Part shown: positions 1-9,017 of the stretch, piece by piece
Position numbering within the stretch: position 1 is the first letter of the stretch
Layout of the letters: each line of letters begins with the position of its first letter
NCBI GenBank assembly: GCA_039683575.1
Contig: JBDKRC010000087.1
Location: forward strand, 1-42,584
Direction of reading: 5' to 3'
DNA length: 42,584 bases
Origin: Armatimonadia bacterium
GTDB taxonomy: Bacteria > Armatimonadota > Zipacnadia > Zipacnadales > UBA11051
Position numbers and translations under genes: made by a program
The notes under the pieces: generated by a model
What the model saw: only the letters and a program-made list of their open reading frames with translations
Told to the model about the DNA's origin: nothing
Databases searched by the model: none

Positions 1-1
1 A

Positions 2-436
2 ACCAAACGCCTTTTAGTTAACATCCGCCTGAAAGCGAAAACCCCAGAACACGGGGGTTCTGGGGCTTCTGGTGAGACTTGTGTTAACCAAACCACGAAT
101 GGTTCGGATCTAGTACAAATTGGCTCCGCACGACGTAGCAGGATCCGAACCTGTGCCATCATAGACGCATGGGGAGATCTGGACTCCCGCCGCAATGCCG
201 CCGAGTTCGTGTTGCACTACGGGAAGCCCCCCGCCGATGCCCCTGAGGTCTCAGAATCTTCAGCGCCTTGCCCACGGGAAACAACTGAGCAACGGGCGGT
301 CAGGTTTCAACAGATGCTGGCTTCAGGCGAGGTTACGACACGGGCAGATTTAGCCCGTCACCTCGGTGTGGCTCGGTCCTACGTGACTCAGGTTTTGAGG
401 CATCTGCCAGCGGCGGCGCTGGAGGCATCCATATAG
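2..436 (+). CDS. 5'-partial CDS ending in an HTH domain; probable C-terminus of a large serine recombinase-type protein
   Basis: The frame of track ORF 209..436 is open from base 2 (TKRLLVNIRLKAK...NGSDLVQIGSARRSRIRT...). The C-terminal QQMLASGEVTTRADLARHLGVARSYVTQVL is an HTH of the kind seen at or after recombinase C-termini. No catalytic domain is in the window. Confidence 0.45.
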   Translation, partial: TKRLLVNIRLKAKTPEHGGSGASGETCVNQTTNGSDLVQIGSARRSRIRTCAIIDAWGDLDSRRNAAEFVLHYGKPPADAPEVSESSAPCPRETTEQRAVRFQQMLASGEVTTRADLARHLGVARSYVTQVLRHLPAAALEASI

Positions 437-560
437 AAGGGGTGTCGTCCCCAAAATCTGGGATCGGCGGAAGCGCCCTTCCTCGCACCACCCTATTCTG
501 ATGACGGGGGGGCTTCTCCAGCGGCGCAGCGGCAGGGGGTCCCCTATAGGGACTCCCTGC

Positions 561-1475
561 TCACTCCTCCCCGTCTTCCCCCGCCGCCCGGTCGAGATGA
601 CTGCGCAGGTCTCGCTCACTGGGACGGCAGTATATCTGAGCCGTGGTTGCCACTGAGGAGTGGAAAAGTATGGCGGCGCAGTCGGGTAATGGCACTCCAA
701 GTTCACTAACGAGCATTTTCGCCAGAGCATGACGTGCTTGATGAATGCCCTTGAGTTGTGAGCGCAGGTCGTCAGGCACGAACCGTGCCAGCCTGCGGTG
801 CCAGATATCGTGCAGGGTCCATCTCGTGATCGGCTCGAAGGGATACTTCTCCGAAGTGAACAGGTAGTCGTGCTGCACGGGCGGTCGCACTTTCATCCAC
901 GCCGCCAGCGCCTCCCTCGCTTCTACATTCAGGGGCACCGAGTAGGACCGCCCTTCCCCGCCCTTTACCACGTCATAGGTGATGCTGCCGCTTCGGGCTT
1001 TGATGTCCACGTTGGAGAGTTTGGCGTGGGCAATGCTGCTGGCTCTGGCTCCCGTCCACATCGCCACGTAAACAATGGCACGGTCACGAACGCTCAACTT
1101 CCCCGCCGCCCGAAAGATCGCCATTCTCTCCTTCTTGGTGAAGCCCGATGGCGCAGGCTTCTGGGTCTGCGGCAACTTCGGCATTCTGATGCTGGTCAGC
1201 ACGGCGGGAGCCAGCAGTTTGAGCATCGCCCTGATGGAACCGAACTTCCGCTGTACCGTCCCCGCCTGACAGGTTTTGAGCAACCACGTCCGAAACTCGG
1301 CAAGGTCCATGCTGGTCAGGGCTACATCGTCAGGGTCAATGCCGTTGCCGTAGGTGCCGACATACCATTCTTCCAGCCCACGGCAGTCAATCTCGACTCT
1401 TTGGCGGCTGGAGTCCATCAGGTCCTGCTTCGCCAGTTCTTCCCGCAGTCTGCTGATGAAAATGCTCTCGCTCAT
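561..1475 (-). CDS. Tyrosine recombinase/integrase (XerC/phage integrase family, with N-terminal core-binding domain)
   Basis: Catalytic set present: TGAR (R), VVKG (K), HQARH (HxxR), LFHSS (H) and QIY (Y). Start re-called to the ATG at 1475 (MSESIF), which follows a GGGGTG RBS-like sequence. Confidence 0.9.
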   Translation of the reverse strand: MSESIFISRLREELAKQDLMDSSRQRVEIDCRGLEEWYVGTYGNGIDPDDVALTSMDLAEFRTWLLKTCQAGTVQRKFGSIRAMLKLLAPAVLTSIRMPKLPQTQKPAPSGFTKKERMAIFRAAGKLSVRDRAIVYVAMWTGARASSIAHAKLSNVDIKARSGSITYDVVKGGEGRSYSVPLNVEAREALAAWMKVRPPVQHDYLFTSEKYPFEPITRWTLHDIWHRRLARFVPDDLRSQLKGIHQARHALAKMLVSELGVPLPDCAAILFHSSVATTAQIYCRPSERDLRSHLDRAAGEDGEE

Positions 1476-1802
1476 GGCTTTCACCCCTGCTAGTACAGTC
1501 TTCGTGGGCTGAATTGTTTTCTTTAGCCCCAGCCCCGGGTCCAACATCAGAGTTGGTCAGGGGGTTCCGATATAACAGAGTGCGACTAGCGGGTGATATG
1601 CTTCGTGGGGCAGCATGGCTGAGGTTTCGGATCGACCTTACCTATTTGGGCGGGGCTCTGCTCAATCTGTTGGGCTATAGGTTTCGTCACTGGAGGAGAT
1701 TTCGGCGGTGACAGTCGCAGGAGAGATTCGACCGAGGCGTCTGTCTGGGGATCACCGTTTCTCAGCCACAGTAACAGATGAGATCAGTGACGCTTCATAG
1801 GG

Positions 1803-1893
1803 ATCTTGGGGCACCTAGGGACATCTTGGTCATCTTGCCCAAAAGCCCAGCCGAACCCAACTGGGACCTAGATGACCAACATGGACCTAGATG
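1803..1893. repeat. Array of short (~9-11 bp) CATCT(T/A)GGT-type repeats arranged as two opposed sets
   Basis: GGACCTAGATG is exact at 1864-1874 and 1883-1893. Inverted imperfect copies ATCTTGGG, ACCTAGGG, CATCTTGGT and CATCTTG lie at 1803-1837. Confidence 0.55.
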
Positions 1894-2177
1894 TACCTAC
1901 CTATCCCTATATCTCTAGATTTCCTTCTTCTTCGCAACTTCAGGTTTTGACATACGTGAGCGTCGTATAACGAGAACCCGCCGCCCCGCCGACGGGCAAG
2001 CCGCCTGCTCTTCACCAGCCCCCACGAAAACTCCGACAGCATTCCATTAGAGATTTACCTAATGCGTGGGACCAGAAGCCAGCCAGACGGCTCGTGGCTC
2101 CTGACCTGCCGAGATTTCTCGTGCGCCGTGCGCCGTGCGGCTTGCCGAAAACTCGACGGGGGCTCGTCATGGGGGAT

Positions 2178-2400
2178 TGTAAACGCCGGTTGGAAAGTGC
2201 GGCGGGTCTTGTGGCGGTTTGGAAGTGCGGCACCCTATAATCTGACCGGGATGCGGGTTTTTTGCCGGCGGCGTGGGAGCGTCGCTGAAGCGGGCTCGGT
2301 CCTGGAGGAATTGGGGTGTATGCCGATATGCATTGGTGGAGCGAGATCCGTCGTCGAGTGTTAGTCGAAGGGGTCAGTAAGCGCGAGACACTGCGTCAAG
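2178..2400 (+). mobile_element. istA: IS21-family remnant: left end plus the first ~28 codons of istA
   Basis: Terminus TGTAAACGCCGGTTGGAAAGTGCGGC at 2178, with an internal second copy GGCGGTTTGGAAGTGCGGCACCC at ~2213-2235. The ORF at 2316 (MYADMHWWSEIRRRVLVEGVSKRETLRQ) resembles an IstA N-terminus, then similarity is lost. Confidence 0.75.
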
Positions 2401-2426
2401 GCGAAACCGACCGCGCGGACTTCGTC

Positions 2427-2764
2427 TGGATCCCGCGACGACCTGATACACGCGGTGGGCCAACAGCTCAGGTAACTGGTGAGCGATCTTCCGCGGATCG
2501 CGTCCATCGGCCAGGCAGGCCGCCAACTGGCGCGCAAATCCGAGCCGTCAAGCGGCCGCGGCGACCAGCATCAAGCCGCCGTCGCTGGAGATGTCACCGC
2601 CGTCAAAACCACCCGTCAGGCGTTTGCCATGAAGGATGCCAAAGGCATCTGCTCAAGACACTGTGTCATACCGGGGAACCTCACCGAAATGTGCTTCCTT
2701 TGGCGTAGAAGGCTATTTCGACGGCTCTCCGTTGTCCTTCGTTGCGGCTCATGAATAATCCGGG
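2427..2764 (-). mobile_element. IS1380-family remnant: left end plus a degraded transposase N-terminus
   Basis: Minus-strand translation from ATG 2669, with a frameshift and an internal TGA: ...GFDGGDISSDGGLMLV...LAACLADGRDPRKIAHQLPELLAHRVYQVVAG, the IS1380 N-terminal signature. The terminus reads CCCGGATTATTCAT from 2764. Confidence 0.75.
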
Positions 2765-3961
2765 TTAGAAGGCCCAGTCGATCCGAGTTGTGAAGAAGTC
2801 TTCCTTGGCCTGCGAGGTCCCGAACAGGTCTACAGTCCGCCGAGAGTATTCCGTGTGCCAGGCGATGTTGTCGGCGAGGTAGTAGCGCCCAGCGACAGTC
2901 CAGCGCTTTATGTCTGCACCCGGTCCGTCGGGCGTGTTCACCAGGTCATACCGCGCCACACCGACCCACTTGGTGCTGGGCAAATACATCGCCTGCAAGA
3001 ACCCGCCCGAGAACACGTAGTTCCCAGGCCTTCCGGCCAGAGCCGCGTCATCGCTGCCCCGTAGGTATTGCAGGTCAAAATTCCACTCGCGCAGATTGAC
3101 CGCTGCATCGAGTCCCCAGCGATTCAGGCTGTGACGCTCGTTCGCCAGCAACGCGTCTGCCGGCCGGGCCTCGCCGAAGTATGCCACGGCTCCCAGTCGC
3201 TGGCCCGCAGTCTGCCCTTCCCCGGGGCCGAAGACCTTGACCGCACGCAGGTAGAGGTCCGAGGGCGCGTCAGAGGAGGTGTTCGTCGTCGAGCCATCGA
3301 CCCATCCAGCGCCGTAGCGCAGCCCGCTACGGGTCCCGCCGGACAACTCCACTCCCGTCTGCGTTGCGGCCAGTGACAAGCCGCTCGGGCCCGTGAAGTC
3401 GTAGATCTCATACGGCGCGATGGTCAGCAGTCGCTTGGCGCTGAACGGCAGCCAAGCGCCTTCGAAGCGGCCCACGCGGGCATTCAGATTCAGGCTGGTG
3501 ACATGGCTGAAGACAACGTTCGCCATCTCTAGCGTACCGCTTTGGGCGGCCAGTCCGCGCGAGCCGCGAATCTCGGGCAGGTAGACCAGGAAGTAGCCGA
3601 TGTTCTGCTTGACCAGCCCCGCGGACAGGATGTCGAGGCCGCCGACCTGGAGCTCATTGACATTCTGGGCCTTCGGCGTGTTGCGGAAGCGATCGCGGTT
3701 ATAGCCGAAGTTGGTGCGCCCGGCAAAGGGCGCAGGACCATCCAGCACGGTCTGCTCGTTCTCCTCGCGACCAGGCAGTTGATAGCCATTGTTGCGATAC
3801 CGCTGGCCGAAGTCGTTGAGCCGCGGGTAAGACGAATGACACATGGTACAGCTGAACCCGTACTTGCGGGCAAACACCGGGACTGCGTGTGCGGGCGTGA
3901 TGACTGCCGGCAGGCAGCCCGCGATCACGAGGAAACAGAGTATGCGAGTTGACATTCCCAT
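2765..3961 (-). CDS. Cyc2-like monoheme cytochrome c fused to an outer-membrane beta-barrel
   Basis: Signal peptide, then AVPVFARKYGFSCTMCHSSYPRLNDFGQRYRNNGY (PxFAR...CxxCH...PxL..FG.....GY). The rest shows amphipathic beta-strand patterning and ends in an aromatic residue (IDWAF). Confidence 0.8.
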   Translation of the reverse strand: MGMSTRILCFLVIAGCLPAVITPAHAVPVFARKYGFSCTMCHSSYPRLNDFGQRYRNNGYQLPGREENEQTVLDGPAPFAGRTNFGYNRDRFRNTPKAQNVNELQVGGLDILSAGLVKQNIGYFLVYLPEIRGSRGLAAQSGTLEMANVVFSHVTSLNLNARVGRFEGAWLPFSAKRLLTIAPYEIYDFTGPSGLSLAATQTGVELSGGTRSGLRYGAGWVDGSTTNTSSDAPSDLYLRAVKVFGPGEGQTAGQRLGAVAYFGEARPADALLANERHSLNRWGLDAAVNLREWNFDLQYLRGSDDAALAGRPGNYVFSGGFLQAMYLPSTKWVGVARYDLVNTPDGPGADIKRWTVAGRYYLADNIAWHTEYSRRTVDLFGTSQAKEDFFTTRIDWAF

Positions 3962-3984
3962 GATCTAAGGTCCTCCAGCAGAGG

Positions 3985-5001
3985 CTATCTGGGCATTTCC
4001 GGCTCTACCACGACCACCGGATCGCCCGTCAGCGCCTTGAGGTATTCGACCAGGTCAGCCTTCTCCCGCCGCGACAGTTGCAGAGGCAGCATCATCGGAT
4101 CGAGGTTCGGGTTCGGCACCGAACCCAGGTCATAGAGGTCAATGACCGCTTTCAGGGTCGGTTCCGACCCGTCGTGCAGGTACGGCGGGGTTATCGCTAC
4201 ATTGCGCAGCGTCGGGGTGCGGAAGGCGCCCATGTCGCGCCGGTTCTTGGTGACTTCGTACCGCCCCACGTCTGCGAACTTCCCGCTCTTGTAGCCGATG
4301 CCAAGATTGTGGTAGCCCGAATCGCTGAAGGCAGGTCCACTGTGGCAGGCCATACAGTGTCCTTTGCCCTGAAACAGCTTCATGCCACGGACCGCCGAGG
4401 CGGACATCGCATCGCGGTTGCCCTGCAGGTACTTGTCATAGGGGGAGTTGCCGGAGACAATGGTGAGCTCGAAGGATGCAATGGCCTTGGCCACGCCGTC
4501 AACAGTCGGTTCGGTCCCAAAGGCTGCCTGGAACATCTGACAGTATCCGGGAATGACCTTCAGGCGCTCTATCAGCTTCGGCAGAGGCAGATCCATCTCG
4601 ACGGGATTGGCGACGGGACCCACTGCTTGCTTCTCGAGATGGACGGCGCGACCGTCCCAGAACTGCGGGATGATGTAGCCGGCATTCAGGATTGTGGGCG
4701 AGTTGCGGCCACCCTTCTTGTGGTCCACGCCCTCAGACACCGGCGTGACATCGGCCCATCCTGCATCCGGGCGATGGCAAGTGGCGCAGGATACGGTGCT
4801 ATCGCTCGATAGCCGTTTGTCAAAGTAGAGCGTCTTACCCAGAATGATCTTCGCATCCGACTGAGGGTTGTCTGACGGCACGGGGATCGGCGGCAGCAAC
4901 CCGTTCGCCATGAACCCGCCCCCCGCCACCACCCCATGCGTCGGCAGTAGCAGCGCCCCCAGCACCAACAGACCAAAACCTAAGCAGACCAGTCTCTTCA
5001 T
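3985..5001 (-). CDS. Di-heme cytochrome c peroxidase (CcpA/MauG family)
   Basis: Signal peptide, two heme motifs (CATCH, CMACH), QFWDGRA, NPVEM and FRTPTLRN...PYLHDG. Confidence 0.92.
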   Translation of the reverse strand: MKRLVCLGFGLLVLGALLLPTHGVVAGGGFMANGLLPPIPVPSDNPQSDAKIILGKTLYFDKRLSSDSTVSCATCHRPDAGWADVTPVSEGVDHKKGGRNSPTILNAGYIIPQFWDGRAVHLEKQAVGPVANPVEMDLPLPKLIERLKVIPGYCQMFQAAFGTEPTVDGVAKAIASFELTIVSGNSPYDKYLQGNRDAMSASAVRGMKLFQGKGHCMACHSGPAFSDSGYHNLGIGYKSGKFADVGRYEVTKNRRDMGAFRTPTLRNVAITPPYLHDGSEPTLKAVIDLYDLGSVPNPNLDPMMLPLQLSRREKADLVEYLKALTGDPVVVVEPEMPR

Positions 5002-5221
5002 GGAGTACCCTCCGCATAGTCGGCCTACGTTGCCGTTCTATACGCTCCACATCCGACATAGTTCGTTATTGTACACCATTGGTCACTACTCCTGCCAAAC
5101 ACAAATGCTCCAGGCCTGCCGTTCTCAAACATGGTTCACCCGCGTTCGGGAGGTGGCGCTGCTCCTCTCCCGTCTGCACTTCTTCGTGACGTCGCCCGGT
5201 AGCGCCCCCTCTTCGTGTCCT

Positions 5222-6136
5222 CTACTCCTGAGCGGCCTCAGCGACGGGGCGCGTCGCCGCATGCTTGACCAAGTAGAGGAGGCTCCAACCAGCGGACAAG
5301 GCAAGTGCGCCGTAGGCGATGATGGCAAGGGCCACGTGAATATGCAACCACAGCTTGTTCTGCAGTGCGGGGGGCAGGGGCACGTGTCCCTTCTGCGGGA
5401 AGTACAAATATCCATACATAGAGACCAGCAGGGCGATCGGCAAGGTGCCCAGCAGGGCGAAACGCTGTCTGCCGAGGTAGGCAATCTGCCCCCAAAGCAC
5501 GATGCCCCAGACGAACCACAGCGAGAAATCATACCCGCTGGTGAAGGTCAGGCGGTGTGCTTGAACGGCGCGGATGATCAGGACAATCGTGTTGCCAGCA
5601 AAGCCAGCAGCCGCGAAGCCAAAGCCCGTCTTCGACAGCGTCTGCTTCCCGCCAGCCGTGCTTAAGAGGGTGAGCAGTAAGCCGAGCAGGTAGCACACGA
5701 AACATCCCGTGGTGATGACCGCCTCGACCGTGGCGACGTCGCTGAAGCCGCCCAACAGCCGGCCGGTAGGACTGGGCCGGGCCACGCCGTAGGAATGCAG
5801 GCTCTGCAGGAAGTTCACCCCGGCAAAGGTGAAGAGAAGCGCCAGGAAGCCCGCCAGGACAATGGTGGCGGAGGTTTTGCCGGTCCATTGGCGCTGGCGG
5901 CGGCCGTGAAGGTAGCCAGCGTAAACAAGCCAAGTGACCAGCGAGGCGGTCTCCTTGGGGTCCCAGCTCCACCAGCGCTGCCAGACATACTGGGCCCACA
6001 CTGCGCCGGTGATGATGACCATGGTCAGCAGTGGAAAACCGAAGGCCACGGCCCGGTAGATATTGTTATCAATCTGTTCAAGCGGAGGCAAAGAGTTGCT
6101 CAGTGTCCCCCAGAAACTGACACGGCTTCTAGGCAC
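5222..6136 (-). CDS. ccsA: System II cytochrome c synthase subunit CcsA/ResC, with the two halves in permuted order
   Basis: The WWD domain (GAVWAQYVWQRWWSWDPKET...YLH...GVN...LHSY) comes first, followed by AHRLTFTSGYDF and PLPPALQNKLWLHIHV. The GTG start at 6136 follows AGGAGGAG and overlaps the resB stop. Confidence 0.88.
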   Translation of the reverse strand: MPRSRVSFWGTLSNSLPPLEQIDNNIYRAVAFGFPLLTMVIITGAVWAQYVWQRWWSWDPKETASLVTWLVYAGYLHGRRQRQWTGKTSATIVLAGFLALLFTFAGVNFLQSLHSYGVARPSPTGRLLGGFSDVATVEAVITTGCFVCYLLGLLLTLLSTAGGKQTLSKTGFGFAAAGFAGNTIVLIIRAVQAHRLTFTSGYDFSLWFVWGIVLWGQIAYLGRQRFALLGTLPIALLVSMYGYLYFPQKGHVPLPPALQNKLWLHIHVALAIIAYGALALSAGWSLLYLVKHAATRPVAEAAQE

Positions 6137-7670
6137 TTGTGCTCTCCTCCTGATCAGGCTCCGTGGCCGCACCAGCCACCGGCTTGCCCCCGCTACGTTC
6201 AAGCATGTCATTCCATATGCGGTTGGTGTCGTCGGCAGGGTCCCCGGCATGGCCGCAGAGCGAGAGCGTCAGAGCGGTCCGGCCCTGGCCGCGCGGCTCA
6301 AAGCCGATGACACAGCGTCTCAGCGGGAAGTAGAAGATCATCGTTAGGCCGATTATGCAGGCGATGAACCCGCCCCATACCAGCGGCAGGCCGACGTCTT
6401 TGCGGATGCCCAGCCCGGTGTACTTGGTGATGCCAATGAACCTGATCCAGCCGTCATTCAGCGACAAAGCCTCACCTGGCAGCAGCCAGCCCAACTCCCT
6501 CACCCAAGGCGTCGGCGGGCGCTGCGCCCCCCCTGTGGGCTTGGGGCCGGAGACGCCCGACACGTAGGCGAGGCTGAGGGCTGGTGTGCCGGGGTACTCA
6601 CTGCTACGCTGGTACAGCCTTCCGTTGCGGCGGACGGCATCAGGGCAGAATCGGGTAGCGACAAGCGCTCCGTGGCTGCCCGGCAGGAAGAGGGCAGACG
6701 ACTTCTGCGGCACGCTCCACATTGATCGGTCATCGCCGATCCCCGGCCCGCGTTCGAGAGGGAACGCGTGCTGCTGGGACTTGCCGCTCCGGGTTATCTC
6801 TATCTTTGCCTCGCCCAGACCCCAGTCGGACTGGCTGATAAGATACCCCTTGTAGCGCATCGTGCGATTGACCGAGATGGTCCCGCGTTGTACTTCCTGA
6901 CTGGCGCTGAGTATCCGCACCTCGCTGTAGTAGTTCTCCACTGACCCACTATCTGGGTCCCGGGCGATGGTGAAGCGGTCTACCGTGATGGCGAAGGGTA
7001 TCGTCCCGTCCTCGCTGCGGAAGCTGTCACCCTCCATAATGGTGACCCTCTGATCGACAGACAGCCGGGGGATGGCGCCCATTACCGAGCCCAGAGCAAT
7101 CAGAAACACCGCGTAGTGCACCAGCGCTTGCCCCCAGGCCGACAGGCGGCGCTTGTGCACATATAGCAGACGCAGCTCGCCTTCCGCTTCGAGGTGATGG
7201 AGGCGATAGCCATGCTTGCGCAGGGCCGGCGTCACGGCGCTGATTGCCTGTTCAGGCGCAAGCGGCACCAGCCCACTGAGTTCTCCGCCTGCCCTGAGCT
7301 TAGAGCTTGCCTCTGCCGCCGTGGGGATCCGCCAGCGGAGAGTCGCTTCCTTCCATAGTCGCCCGGAACAGGCCATCAAGCTTAGGAGCAAGACTGCGAT
7401 CAGCAGTTGAAACCACATCGTCATGTGCACATGGTCAAGCCCCAGCCGGACGATGACTCTGCCGATGAAACGCCCATAGCGCGTGGAGTAGGACTGAAGG
7501 TCACCATTCTGAGGCACGATGGCACAGATCAGCGCTGCGACCGCGATAAGCGACAGCAGTAGGAAGACCGTGCGCATCTCCTTGAGCTTCTTCCGCCCGG
7601 CGCGGATCACGTCGCCAAAGGTGATCTCCGGCTGCGGACGATCCGCTGGGCTCGGAACCGGTGTACTCAC
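6129..7670 (-). CDS. resB: System II cytochrome c biogenesis protein ResB/CcsB
   Basis: N-terminal TM followed by IVPQ, LGLDHVHMTMWF, a conserved TM His (LVHYAVFLI), ISVNRTM..KGY..SQSDW and YTGLGIRKDVGLPLVWGG. Adjacent to ccsA. Confidence 0.88.
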   Translation of the reverse strand: MSTPVPSPADRPQPEITFGDVIRAGRKKLKEMRTVFLLLSLIAVAALICAIVPQNGDLQSYSTRYGRFIGRVIVRLGLDHVHMTMWFQLLIAVLLLSLMACSGRLWKEATLRWRIPTAAEASSKLRAGGELSGLVPLAPEQAISAVTPALRKHGYRLHHLEAEGELRLLYVHKRRLSAWGQALVHYAVFLIALGSVMGAIPRLSVDQRVTIMEGDSFRSEDGTIPFAITVDRFTIARDPDSGSVENYYSEVRILSASQEVQRGTISVNRTMRYKGYLISQSDWGLGEAKIEITRSGKSQQHAFPLERGPGIGDDRSMWSVPQKSSALFLPGSHGALVATRFCPDAVRRNGRLYQRSSEYPGTPALSLAYVSGVSGPKPTGGAQRPPTPWVRELGWLLPGEALSLNDGWIRFIGITKYTGLGIRKDVGLPLVWGGFIACIIGLTMIFYFPLRRCVIGFEPRGQGRTALTLSLCGHAGDPADDTNRIWNDMLERSGGKPVAGAATEPDQEESTSA

Positions 7671-8161
7671 TTATCTCTACCCTCTCCGCCGGATGACGGC
7701 TGGCCCTTGCTGTCGAGGAAGGTGGCCCGCGCCGTGATCGGCGGCTTGTTTGGGTTGGGGAGTATCGGTGGCTTCCCGCGAAAAGTAGCCCTTGTAGTAA
7801 GGCATCAGCCAGGCGTTGGTTACGCCGTGCTTGTGGCTGGCGGCGCCGATCAGTTCAAGACGCAGCACGTCTACGCTTTCGGATCGAGATGGCTGTTGGC
7901 GGCGCAGAGCTCAATCGCCTCGAAGATGCCCTTGTCCGGGATGCCCATGGTGTGTCCGCAAAGCTTCATCGTAGTACTTTTCGGACAAGTCAGTCGATTT
8001 CCGTGTGGGTGGGGCGGGGACCTTCCAAGTTGCGGGAGGTATGGCCCAGAGGGCGTTCCCCAACCCCAGGCAAGGGGTTGTCATCCTTGTATATTCACTC
8101 AAAGCTCCGTTTCGGGAAGTCGTTACCTTACGCTTGGTGAATATGCCAGTCTTATAGCTAT

Positions 8162-8191
8162 ACCTACTGCCCCTGGCCAGGGGCAGTAGGT
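8162..8191. repeat. Perfect 30-bp palindrome
   Basis: ACCTACTGCCCCTGG|CCAGGGGCAGTAGGT. Confidence 0.85.
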
Positions 8192-8597
8192 CGGGCGCGG
8201 CAGACCGTTTCATTCTCGGTCCTAAAGGCCGCCGCTCAGCTTGGTCCCGCGTCCGTCCCGTTGCGCCCGAACACTTGCCAGGTCGGTCGTGAGACCGTAT
8301 CTGCAAGGTTGGGCCCACACGGGGAATACCCAACATCACAGCAGTGCTTCGTTGGAATCGATGTCACCTAAGGTCGTCTGGTGTCGCCGTACTTCCCCTG
8401 GAGGCCGTGGGCCTCCGGTCGATCGAAAGACCGCCCCCCAATCCCCTCCGCCGGCGGATGTGCTGAACCGCGCTATCAGGCAGAATGTCCATAGCGATAG
8501 CGGCGCGTCAGGCGTCACTTGCGGCCGGCCTCGCGGAAGAGCTCCATGAGTTCGCGGTCACGAGTGACGTCCGCCCGCGCCCGAGCCCCGGCGCTCG

Positions 8598-8920
8598 GGA
8601 TGCCACCGGGTCTATGTCGGCTCCCAGTCGGTCTCTGCCGCGACTCTGGACGAGTATGAAAAGGGGGAGACGGTCCAGGAGATTGTCGCGAGCGTCCGCA
8701 TCTTCCGTGAGTATGGGATCATACCCCACGGCATGTTCGTTCTGGGCAGCGACAACTATGATGTGCGGACCATCCGCGAGACCTCCCGCTTCGCCCTCCG
8801 CCATGGCATCAACAGTGTCTGGTTCATGGCACTAACGCCACTTCCGAGAAACTGGAGGCTGCCGGGCGCATCTTCGAGCGGAACTGGCGGCTCTACGATG
8901 GCCAGCACGTGGTGTTTGAT
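8598..8920 (+). pseudogene. Remnant of the C-terminal part of a B12-binding radical SAM protein
   Basis: GCHRVYVGSQSVSAATLDEYEKGETVQEIVASVRIFREYGIIPHGMFVLGSD...FMALTPLP, then after a frameshift RIFERNWRLYDGQHVVF. No CxxxCxxC motif or start upstream. Confidence 0.65.
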
Positions 8921-9017
8921 CCGAGCAATAAGAGTGCGGCACAGCTGCTGCGTGAGACGTGGCGGGCGCAGGAGCACAATTCGTCTTAGCACTACAGCCG
9001 CATAGGAAAGACAGACC

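Noticed and set aside
101-151. Possible tRNA gene on the minus strand
   Set aside because: Only a T-arm/CCA-like fragment with wrong spacing; no D or anticodon arms.
1803-1893. CRISPR array
   Set aside because: The repeats are ~10 bp with no unique spacers, and there are no cas genes in the window.
7677-7969. Short minus-strand ORFs upstream of resB (MKLCGHTMGIPDKG..., and track ORF 7677..7868)
   Set aside because: They look like gene fragments (the first is vaguely like a sugar-phosphate isomerase start) but are too short to assign.
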